DNA from: an uncultured Candidatus Saccharibacteria bacterium
Lineage (GTDB): Bacteria > Patescibacteriota > Minisyncoccia > Phycocordibacterales > UBA9973
Assembly (NCBI GenBank): GCA_964397435.1
Contig: CAYNHU010000002.1
Span: 17,423 to 81,422 of the forward strand
DNA length: 64,000 nt
Direction: 5' to 3'
Numbering within the stretch: position 1 is the stretch's first letter; every line of letters starts with the position of its first letter. Of the stretch, positions 38,281 through 46,190 are shown in pieces. Under the pieces are notes generated by a model. The model worked only from the letters and a program-made list of their open reading frames with translations. It searched no databases and was not told where the DNA came from. A program made the position numbers and the translations under genes.

Positions 38281-39606
38281 TTATTTTAACACACGTTCCA
38301 GTCGTTTGATAAGTGATTCGTAAAGTTCAATACGAGCTTGAGTTTCCTTTTGAGAAAGCTTTTCTTCGTTTGAAGTTACCGTCTTTTCAGTGGTTGTTGT
38401 TTCTTTAACCTCCGCAACAGCCGCCTCTTTCTTTTCCTTGATAACATCGAACAAATGTTCAATGCCTGTGTGTGTGGTAACAACGAGAGATTCAGGATAT
38501 GCATTCCATTCCACAACGTTCAATTCTCGTACTTCCCCAGCCGCATTTTTGATACTAATAGTTTCAGTATCGTTTCCATGATCTACGATACCGACAACTT
38601 CCCATGGAATCTTATCATCGTCTGTATACGCAACCCCTTTTCGAAGGTCAAAAGGAACTCCTTCGCTTGTTGGGTATTTGATTGATTTTAATTGTTTTTC
38701 CTGTGGTGTTGCTGGCTCAGTCTCAGAGGTTGCCGTTTCCTGAGTTTCTGTTTCTGATGCAGGTTCAGTCTCTTCGTATTCTAGCAATGGTTCGCGTTCA
38801 CGAGAAAGTGTGAGCTGATCACCGAGTGTTTTGATGATGTCTTTATTCTCAGCGTTATGCCAGTCACGTACATGTACGAATCGTGTTTCAAATGGTCCAC
38901 TTGTTGCTGTTACTTTAAAAATAACGGAATGTGTTTTTGCATCAACAGACATACCAGTAACTTCCCATTCGTTACCTTTTGCATCTCTGAATGTGTCACC
39001 AATATCTACAGGGATATGTTCGTCGCTACCCTCGTGAGAATAGTGTTCAAGTTCAATAGCCTCTTCGTTTGTGTGTACTGGTGAAGCTAGGCGAAGTCGA
39101 AGTGTTTTACCTCGATTTCCGAGTGAAAGCATACCGTCCTTGTTTGTGCCGAGCAGTTTAAAATCTGTTGTATATACACCTCGTTTATCTACGATATCGA
39201 TAGTATTTTTTTCAGGATGGACATTCTTAACTAAAATGCGATCGTTACCCTCAGTAAAAAAGACAGAGTTAGGTGTAATACCAAGTTTCTGGAGGAGATT
39301 TGAAGTGTCTTTCTCTGGAGTCTTTTTGTTGGTACCAGCTTCACTCATTAAATCAAGGAGTTTTTGAGTAAAGAAGTCGATATTGTTTTGTCCGCCAAAT
39401 TCCTCAGTATATGGCTTGAGAGCTTTACGAATCTTGTCCTCAGGAGCCTTTTTTGCCACGAGACCAAGTATCTGGTCGAGCAGAACGCTTGAAAGAAACT
39501 GTCCTTGTTTTTTACCTGCAACATCAAAAAGACCTTCAACCATATTTCTACTTTGGTGAGGTGCTGGAATTCCACCTTCTGCTGTTGTAGGTTTTTCACC
39601 AGACAT
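38281..39606 (-). CDS. hypothetical protein (441 aa)
   Basis: Co-oriented ORF 4 bp upstream of the 1118 aa gene. Has a T/E-rich acidic linker. Confidence 0.55.
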   Translation of the reverse strand: MSGEKPTTAEGGIPAPHQSRNMVEGLFDVAGKKQGQFLSSVLLDQILGLVAKKAPEDKIRKALKPYTEEFGGQNNIDFFTQKLLDLMSEAGTNKKTPEKDTSNLLQKLGITPNSVFFTEGNDRILVKNVHPEKNTIDIVDKRGVYTTDFKLLGTNKDGMLSLGNRGKTLRLRLASPVHTNEEAIELEHYSHEGSDEHIPVDIGDTFRDAKGNEWEVTGMSVDAKTHSVIFKVTATSGPFETRFVHVRDWHNAENKDIIKTLGDQLTLSREREPLLEYEETEPASETETQETATSETEPATPQEKQLKSIKYPTSEGVPFDLRKGVAYTDDDKIPWEVVGIVDHGNDTETISIKNAAGEVRELNVVEWNAYPESLVVTTHTGIEHLFDVIKEKKEAAVAEVKETTTTEKTVTSNEEKLSQKETQARIELYESLIKRLERVLK

Positions 39607-39613
39607 TGAATGA

Positions 39614-39943
39614 TTAGTTCATTTTGCGCATGATTGCATCACGTTCAGCCTTGAGGTTGGCTGTTTCTTCGGCAGCAATCTTATCAAAATCTGGGTTTTC
39701 TTTGCGGAGGAATGCGAAGAGTTCTTCTGGGGCAGCATCTGTATCGAGGAGGCGTTCGAGGGTGTTTTGTGCTTCTTCGCTCAAACTTGGGGCAATACGC
39801 AAAAGAACTCCCTGGAAAATAAGCTGGCCAACTTGTTGAATGATGGCATCCTGCTCATCTTGAGTCATCGCACTAAGTCCCAATGTTGTAACGAGCATTT
39901 CGCGTGTTTTTGTATCCATATATATGTATAAGGTTCGCCCCAA
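39614..39943 (-). CDS. hypothetical small protein (109 aa), first gene of 3-gene operon
   Basis: ORF 7 bp upstream of the 441 aa gene. Confidence 0.5.
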   Translation of the reverse strand: MGRTLYIYMDTKTREMLVTTLGLSAMTQDEQDAIIQQVGQLIFQGVLLRIAPSLSEEAQNTLERLLDTDAAPEELFAFLRKENPDFDKIAAEETANLKAERDAIMRKMN

Positions 39944-40007
39944 AGCGAAGAATTAATGATTAAGTTTCTAAAAATAGTATAACACAATGAGGTTGGGATG
40001 TTTTTTG

Positions 40008-40028
40008 TTATCCACACCATGTGGATTA
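40008..40028. promoter_or_regulatory. convergent DnaA-box pair TTATCCACA-cca-TGTGGATTA in the divergent promoter region
   Basis: Perfect consensus box plus an 8/9 inverted partner. Lies about 65-85 bp upstream of the operon start at 39943 and about 170 bp upstream of the 40199 gene. Confidence 0.45.
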
Positions 40029-40198
40029 TAACTGTTGACTTGCCCCTCCCCGCGGGCTACCCTAGATAGGTCGGGCATTTTTCAGTAATCTCGCCCCTCC
40101 TTCTGTAAAGTTGTTTTTCCTAAAAACCTTTATTTTACAAGGTTTTATAGGATTTCCGTACGATAGTAACGCATATAGCCTTATATTTCAACGATATT

Positions 40199-41416
40199 TT
40201 GGTTATATGCCCCAAACCTAGGCTTATTACAAAAAACCAACAGGACCCTCAGGTATACGTGCACGGTGCACCCCATGAGGCGAAAAAACCTTTATTTATC
40301 AAGCTTTCTCATCAAAAGCTTGCTTCTTTGTTGCTTATTGCAGGTCTTGGTTTGGGTACCCCAGCAATGGCTCAGGCGGGTATTTTGTCACTTTTGGGGC
40401 TTGAAAATACAGCCTCAGCTGAAACCATCTCAGCATCTGCAGTGCTTAATTCACAAAATCTCGCACTACCACAGGCAACTATTGCAACCAAGGATGCAGG
40501 CACACAGGAGGTTGAACTCCCTGTTGCGGATGATGCTCTTGTTGCTCAGGCTGGACCACTTGGTACTCAGGCTGATATGACAGATGAAGTTGTTGCTGAT
40601 GTAAACCAGATCTATACATATGTTGTACGTTCAGGAGATACATTACCAGTCATTGCTAAAATGTTGAATGTTTCAGTCGGTACAATTGTCTGGGCAAACG
40701 ACCTTTCAGGTAAAAATGCTAAATTAACCCCAGGTCAGGTGCTCGCCATCCTCCCTGTTTCGGGTATCTCATACACAATCAAAAAAGGCGACACTATTAG
40801 TGGTATTGCAAAACGTTTCAAAGTTGATGTTGATGAAATCGGTAAATTTAACGGTTTAGAATTGGATAGTAAGCTTATTGCCGGTGAAGAAATCATTATT
40901 CCGGGTGCTGATCTTGCCCTCCCATCTTCAACTATCACCACAGGAACAAAATCAAGCGGGTCATCTTTGGGTAGTTCGGGTTCGAATCTTCCATTATATG
41001 CATATGGTGCAACACGCCTTCAGAGTGGTTTCAGTGGCCCAGATTTGGGTGGTTATTTTAACCGTCCAGTTAAAGGCTGTCTCCGAACTCAAGGTGCTCA
41101 CGGTAAAAATGGTGTTGATATTGGCTGTCCAATTGGTACACCAATTATGGCAGCTGCGAATGGTACTGTTTTGATTGCTCGTGATTCTGGATGGAATGGA
41201 GGTTTTGGAAAATATGTTGTTATCAACCATCCAAACGGAACTCAAACATTGTATGGACATATGAGTGCGGTCTATGTGACCTCAGGACAGTCAGTTTCTC
41301 AAGGTCAGACAATTGGTCTCATGGGCTCAACCGGACGATCGACCGGCTCGCATCTTCACTTTGAAGTTCACGGTGCTGAAAACCCACTCGTAAAAAATCC
41401 TCGCTACGGATTGTAA
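40199..41416 (+). CDS. secreted M23-family metallopeptidase with two LysM domains
   Basis: Signal peptide, LysM motifs (YVVRSGDTLPVIAKMLNV and YTIKKGDTISGIAKRFKV), and C-terminal M23 domain (HxxxD-type GVDIGCPIGTPI ... GSHLHFEV). Confidence 0.85.
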   Translation: MVICPKPRLITKNQQDPQVYVHGAPHEAKKPLFIKLSHQKLASLLLIAGLGLGTPAMAQAGILSLLGLENTASAETISASAVLNSQNLALPQATIATKDAGTQEVELPVADDALVAQAGPLGTQADMTDEVVADVNQIYTYVVRSGDTLPVIAKMLNVSVGTIVWANDLSGKNAKLTPGQVLAILPVSGISYTIKKGDTISGIAKRFKVDVDEIGKFNGLELDSKLIAGEEIIIPGADLALPSSTITTGTKSSGSSLGSSGSNLPLYAYGATRLQSGFSGPDLGGYFNRPVKGCLRTQGAHGKNGVDIGCPIGTPIMAAANGTVLIARDSGWNGGFGKYVVINHPNGTQTLYGHMSAVYVTSGQSVSQGQTIGLMGSTGRSTGSHLHFEVHGAENPLVKNPRYGL

Positions 41417-41423
41417 GAAATAG

Positions 41424-41450
41424 AAAAACCGGCCGAAGGCCGGTTTTTCT
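41424..41450 (+). terminator. rho-independent terminator ACCGGCCGAAGGCCGGT + TTTTT
   Basis: GC hairpin plus U-tract directly after the peptidase stop. Confidence 0.7.
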
Positions 41451-41494
41451 ATTGACGGAGAGTGTCAGAATGCTATATTTGAAAAAAATTCTTT

Positions 41495-42211
41495 ATGCAG
41501 TCTGTAAAAAACACCAAAACACACATCCTTGCTTTTGCACAACGTGGAGCAGGAACATTTGCTATACGCAAAACATTGTTTAACCCAGTTGTGGCGCTTC
41601 TGAAAGAGCTATTAGAAAATGAGCCAAACTTGCTCACACTACCCTTTTCTGAATTCAGAAATATACGTGAAGAGACGTGTGGTGATTTCACACAAAACAC
41701 CTTCGTGTATTCTGACGTGTATGCTGAATTAAAAAAGCATATCCAACAGGAAAAGCTGCATCCGAAATGTATTAAGTTATTAAACAACCTTGATAGCTTA
41801 CTGAAAAGCAGCACCCGCTCAGCGCTTGCGTTTGGTCACCAATTCGACACCGTATTTAACCCGACATATTCATTGCAGGACTTATTGAGAATTTGTTCTC
41901 GTAAGGCCGAGTTACATTATGTTACCTTGCGTGCAAATACGGCTTCAATTGAATTACCGCAACAGAACAACCTTGTTTTATTTGTGTTGCATTCAACAAA
42001 ACCGTTTTTTGTGAACGGTGTAAAATGCAAACCAACAGCAGGTAAAACACTTGTGTTGTCAGGTGCACAACTTACAGCGTATTCCTCTGATACAAAATTA
42101 TTGATCCCACCTAAAAAACAGGAGGAATTAATAATTGAACGCCCTATCATTCGTTTTCCTGAACTGAAAAAAGAGTCGGCAGAGTTACTGGTGTTTTCTA
42201 TAAAAATGTAA
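41495..42211 (+). CDS. hypothetical protein (238 aa)
   Basis: Longer of two overlapping ORFs and followed by a terminator. No recognisable motif. Confidence 0.5.
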   Translation: MQSVKNTKTHILAFAQRGAGTFAIRKTLFNPVVALLKELLENEPNLLTLPFSEFRNIREETCGDFTQNTFVYSDVYAELKKHIQQEKLHPKCIKLLNNLDSLLKSSTRSALAFGHQFDTVFNPTYSLQDLLRICSRKAELHYVTLRANTASIELPQQNNLVLFVLHSTKPFFVNGVKCKPTAGKTLVLSGAQLTAYSSDTKLLIPPKKQEELIIERPIIRFPELKKESAELLVFSIKM

Positions 42212-42234
42212 ACATACTGCATAATTGTATTCAT

Positions 42235-42269
42235 GTGCGGCAACACCTTCGGTGTTGCCGCACATTTTT
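42235..42269 (+). terminator. rho-independent terminator TGTGCGGCAACACC-TTCG-GTGTTGCCGCACA + TTTTT
   Basis: Perfect 13 bp stem plus T-run after the 238 aa gene. Confidence 0.6.
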
Positions 42270-42291
42270 CATTGTTAGACACACACAGATG

Positions 42292-43812
42292 TTACAGTCG
42301 CGGACGATACTGCAACGCTTCAAGTATATGATCTGGTGCTATTTCTTTCGCTGATGCAAGATCTGCAATTGTTTGTGCAACTTTGATTACTCGATGATAC
42401 GAGCGACCAGAGAGTTGCAGCTTAGCAGCACTTGTTTCAAGCAGCGTACGAGCATCATCATGTAGCTTTATACAATCACTAATTTCACGGCTCGTCATGT
42501 CTCCATTTTTTGTAATAGTTTTCTTTTGTTGTTTGAAACGATCTCGTGCTCGATTGCGAGCGCGTGTCACTCGTTCTCGAACAACTGCACTCGATTCATT
42601 GTGCGGATTTTCATTGATCATTGTCTCGTACTCAACATGTGTAACTGAAACCCAGATATCAATACGATCAATGATCGGCCCCGATATTTTTTTTGAATAA
42701 CTTTCAACTGCACGTCTTGAGCAAACACAGGTGTGTGTTTTTGATCCACGATATCCGCATGGACACGGATTCATTGCAGCTATTAACATAAAGTTACACG
42801 GCAATGTTACTGAACCTTTGGTTCGCGTAATAGTAATACTATGTTCTTCAATTGGTTGTCGAAGTGATTCTAAAACGCGTTTATCAAATTCAGGAAACTC
42901 ATCCAGAAAAAGTACACCGTGGTGCGCGCGTGTGATTTCTCCTGGACTAATATGTGCACCACCACCAATGACTGCTGTGTATGATGCTGTGTGGTGTGGC
43001 ATACGAAACGGTGGTTTTGCTGTCAGTGTCATATCTCCCATGATTGAACGAATCTTTGTTACTTCAAGGATTTCTTGTTCAGTAAGTTGCGGCATGAGTG
43101 ATATACATGACTGTGCAAGTAATGTTTTACCTGTTCCAGGTGGTCCAATAAATGCGATGGTGTGACCACCCGCTGCCGCGATTTCAAGTGCACGTTTTGC
43201 AATTTGTTGTCCATGAATGTGTGCGATGTCTCGTTCATCTTCAGTTGGAATTTCTAAATGCATCTGATGTTTTACAGAAACAAGCAACGGCTTGTGTGAT
43301 GCCAGATGTGCGATGACTTCCGCGAGTGTTTTGACACCGTAAATCGTAATACCAGAAACAAGCGCTGCTTCTCGCGCATTTCCGTGAGGAACATAGATTT
43401 CTTTGAAACCTTGATTTCGTGCGTATTCAGTGAGTGCCAGAATACCACGCACAGGCATGACTTCTCCTGCCAATGTCAGTTCACCGAGAAATAACTTGTC
43501 ATGCGTATCAAATGTTACGACTCCAGATGCGCATAAATATCCAATTGCAATCGCTAAATCAAAATACGAACCCTCTTTTCTAATATCAGCCGGCGATAGT
43601 GAAATAATAATTTTATAGTTCTTTGATTTTGGGGAATCAAAACCACTATTTTTTAATGCAGCACTAATGCGGTCTTTTGATTCTTCGACTGCTTTGTCAG
43701 GCAAGCCAACAATTGAAAATGAATGTAACCCGCGCCCAAGATCAACTTCAACCGTAATGCTTTTACCTTCAAGAAAAAAAGGTTGTGCGCTCATAATGCG
43801 TGCGTATGACAT
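42292..43812 (-). CDS. comM: YifB/ComM-family Mg-chelatase-like AAA+ ATPase (competence protein ComM)
   Basis: Lon-like N-domain and AAA+ module (FIGPPGTGKT, VLFLDEFPEF). Length about 506 aa from MSYARIMSAQ. Confidence 0.9.
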   Translation of the reverse strand: MSYARIMSAQPFFLEGKSITVEVDLGRGLHSFSIVGLPDKAVEESKDRISAALKNSGFDSPKSKNYKIIISLSPADIRKEGSYFDLAIAIGYLCASGVVTFDTHDKLFLGELTLAGEVMPVRGILALTEYARNQGFKEIYVPHGNAREAALVSGITIYGVKTLAEVIAHLASHKPLLVSVKHQMHLEIPTEDERDIAHIHGQQIAKRALEIAAAGGHTIAFIGPPGTGKTLLAQSCISLMPQLTEQEILEVTKIRSIMGDMTLTAKPPFRMPHHTASYTAVIGGGAHISPGEITRAHHGVLFLDEFPEFDKRVLESLRQPIEEHSITITRTKGSVTLPCNFMLIAAMNPCPCGYRGSKTHTCVCSRRAVESYSKKISGPIIDRIDIWVSVTHVEYETMINENPHNESSAVVRERVTRARNRARDRFKQQKKTITKNGDMTSREISDCIKLHDDARTLLETSAAKLQLSGRSYHRVIKVAQTIADLASAKEIAPDHILEALQYRPRL

Positions 43813-43886
43813 ATGCTGCGATTGTACATATCTCATCTGAAGAAAAAATAAAACCACCCAAGCGGGCGGTTTTAGTGTGAACTCTA

Positions 43887-44243
43887 TTATGCTGCGTGTT
43901 CGATTGTTGTTCGAGCTGCAGGGTTTGCGCGAAGACGTTCGATATCGATTTGTTCACCAGATACTTCACAAATACCGTAACCTCCTTTTTCGATTTTATC
44001 GAGAGCATCCTGTACGTCTTTGAGACGAGCTTCGAGCGTTCCAAGTGTTGCATTTCGTTCTTCGTATTCCTCAAAACGATCAGCCATGTCATTTTCATCA
44101 GAGTTTTCGCCTTCGTCTACTGGAGGTGGAACTGCTTCCCAGTCTTTGTCTGCTGGGTTCATAACACCTACACTTGAAAGTTCTTCGATAAGTGTTTTCT
44201 TTTCGGCCTCGAGTTTTTCCTTAAATTCTTGTGTATCAATCAT
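43887..44243 (-). CDS. dksA: DksA/TraR-family protein (coiled-coil plus degenerate C4 zinc finger)
   Basis: 118 aa with an acidic coiled-coil N-part and C-terminal GGYGICEVSGEQIDIERLRANPAARTTIE, as in Cys-poor DksA variants. Confidence 0.55.
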   Translation of the reverse strand: MIDTQEFKEKLEAEKKTLIEELSSVGVMNPADKDWEAVPPPVDEGENSDENDMADRFEEYEERNATLGTLEARLKDVQDALDKIEKGGYGICEVSGEQIDIERLRANPAARTTIEHAA

Positions 44244-44265
44244 GCGCTTATAGTAGCATGTTCTT

Positions 44266-45291
44266 TTAATGACGCAAGGTATTAGCAGTGAGGCGGTTCA
44301 AGATCTCTTCGAGCGTCTGTTCTTTGTCTGCGATGATGAGTGTATCCTTGAATTCTCCTATAAATGTATAGAATAATACGACGTTTCCCTTTGCATCAAT
44401 AAGGGCGCGAGTATCTTGATTTTTGATTGTTCGGTCTTTGAATTGTGCTTGGAAAAGGCCTTTGTTTTCTTCAGTAATAGTAATGTTGAAGACCGAATAG
44501 AGTTCATTAAAGATATGCTGTTCCCACTCGAGCATTCCAGCGAGAGCTGTTGTGTATGCGTTTGTTTTAAATGCAATGAAAAGTCCGTTGCCATTAAATG
44601 AGTACACACCGATGGTGAAAATATCATCAAATGAACGAATCAGTTGTGATGGTGCGACTGAGCCCAATGCAGTGAAAAATTCTTGTGATGTTACAACATG
44701 CTGTGATGTTGCGCCAACTTGTTGTGTAAATGGCAGGATGCGCTGAATTGTATTTATGGTTGTTGCTGTGCCCAAATACTGTCTGCTCAATTGTTCTCGC
44801 ACACTATCGCGTCCAAGATCTGTGATGTTGAGACCGACAACTGAATCAGTTTTGATCACAGTTGGTGTACCGGTCGGACTCTGTGTTACGGGTACTGTTT
44901 TTGGAATTTGCTGATAGAGCACAAAACCAATCACGCCAATTGCGATGATCACTAATGCGATTCCTCCAAGTACATAAAATTTGTTTGTTCCTGAATTAGG
45001 ATCTACATTTGCGCGCTGGCGTTCTTTGCGTTCATTTTCTGCCATTGCGATTTTCACGAGAGAACCTTCGCCTGATTTAATTGTTTCAGCGAGGTCGCTT
45101 TGAAATGTTCTGATAGTGTGAAGGTTTGCGTTTTGGCCAGAGAGACCAAGTGGTGCGCGCGAAGCGCGCACCACTTCCACGTCCACTGCATTCTCTCCTT
45201 CACGTTTTGACATACCTTCGAAGCCTTGCATATATCCACTATGATACTTGAGAAACGAACCAAACACCAGTGACCTCTTTGTTACAAACAA
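44266..45291 (-). CDS. hypothetical membrane-anchored protein (341 aa)
   Basis: Single TM helix (VLGGIALVIIAIGVIGFVLY) and no recognisable domain. Confidence 0.5.
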   Translation of the reverse strand: MFVTKRSLVFGSFLKYHSGYMQGFEGMSKREGENAVDVEVVRASRAPLGLSGQNANLHTIRTFQSDLAETIKSGEGSLVKIAMAENERKERQRANVDPNSGTNKFYVLGGIALVIIAIGVIGFVLYQQIPKTVPVTQSPTGTPTVIKTDSVVGLNITDLGRDSVREQLSRQYLGTATTINTIQRILPFTQQVGATSQHVVTSQEFFTALGSVAPSQLIRSFDDIFTIGVYSFNGNGLFIAFKTNAYTTALAGMLEWEQHIFNELYSVFNITITEENKGLFQAQFKDRTIKNQDTRALIDAKGNVVLFYTFIGEFKDTLIIADKEQTLEEILNRLTANTLRH

Positions 45292-45342
45292 AAAATCCCG
45301 AGATGTAAAATCCCAGGATTTAAAAAATGTTTAGATGTACTA

Positions 45343-46122
45343 TTAATAACAGTCCGTACTTCTTCTTTTACGGTATTCTGCTACAAAAATAGTTATGAGA
45401 ATAATCAATGCTATTAGTCCAAGTTTTGCCAGCCCATGAATGTGAATTGGTGTTAAATGTTCAATTAACATAAATGCTCCAATAATCCCAACAATCACAA
45501 ATGCCGCAGTCTTAAGGCTCGGATATCTATCCATAATCACGGATACAAGGCTTGAGGCAAAAAACATAGTTACAATACCGGCAGCAACCCCGATCATGAC
45601 AATGTAGATATTGGGGGATAATCCAACTGCAATAATTACATTATCAATCGAAAAAGCTAAGTCGGTAAGCATTATCTGTCTAACAACAAGCCAAAATGTT
45701 GCATGTGTTGTACCAGGGTTGTTTTCCTCGTCAAAACTTTTCTTGATGTTGCTAAACGCAACCCAGATGAGGTAACAAGATCCAATGCAAAGTAAAAAAT
45801 CATGCTTAACAAGTAGTGATGCTGCTAACAGTGTAATAATGCGTAATCCCATTCCGAATACAATAATACCCAGAAAGTGAGCGCGTTTTTGCTCTTTGAA
45901 TGGAAGCTCTTTGGTTAGAGCAACTACGATAAGAGCGTTATCAATAGAAAGTAGTGTCTCAGTAACAATGATAGTTAGAACTACCGGTACGGTACTGCTG
46001 AGCAGTGCGAGGAGATGTGATGCTTCCAATGTTATATGTGTTTTGGTTACATAAACCAAAGAACCCAAGCGTATCTCGGGCTTATGTAACCAAAACGATA
46101 TGTCAAAGAGGTATCCGTGCAT
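45343..46122 (-). CDS. TerC-family integral membrane protein
   Basis: Conserved TerC motif ETLLSIDNALIVVAL and a second DNVIIAVGL repeat. Polytopic. Confidence 0.8.
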   Translation of the reverse strand: MHGYLFDISFWLHKPEIRLGSLVYVTKTHITLEASHLLALLSSTVPVVLTIIVTETLLSIDNALIVVALTKELPFKEQKRAHFLGIIVFGMGLRIITLLAASLLVKHDFLLCIGSCYLIWVAFSNIKKSFDEENNPGTTHATFWLVVRQIMLTDLAFSIDNVIIAVGLSPNIYIVMIGVAAGIVTMFFASSLVSVIMDRYPSLKTAAFVIVGIIGAFMLIEHLTPIHIHGLAKLGLIALIILITIFVAEYRKRRSTDCY

Positions 46123-46149
46123 TATAACACGAAATGGGGTTTAAAGCAA

Positions 46150-46186
46150 AAACCAGCCCGCGCGCATGCGCGCGGGCTGGTTTGTA
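46150..46186. terminator. bidirectional terminator CCAGCCCGCGCGCATGCGCGCGGGCTGG flanked by A/T runs (downstream of pnp)
   Basis: Perfect 12 bp GC stem. Confidence 0.65.
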
Positions 46187-46190
46187 ACTT

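Noticed and set aside
40041-40076. GC-rich segment TGCCCCTCCCCGCGGGC...GGTCGGGCATTTTT considered as a terminator or riboswitch in the 40199 gene leader.
   Set aside because: The stem is imperfect and no upstream plus-strand gene needs terminating. There is insufficient evidence for a riboswitch class.
41473-41814. 113 aa minus-strand ORF overlapping the 41495-42211 gene.
   Set aside because: It is shorter, lacks a terminator or promoter context, and overlaps the longer plus-strand ORF that ends at a clean terminator.
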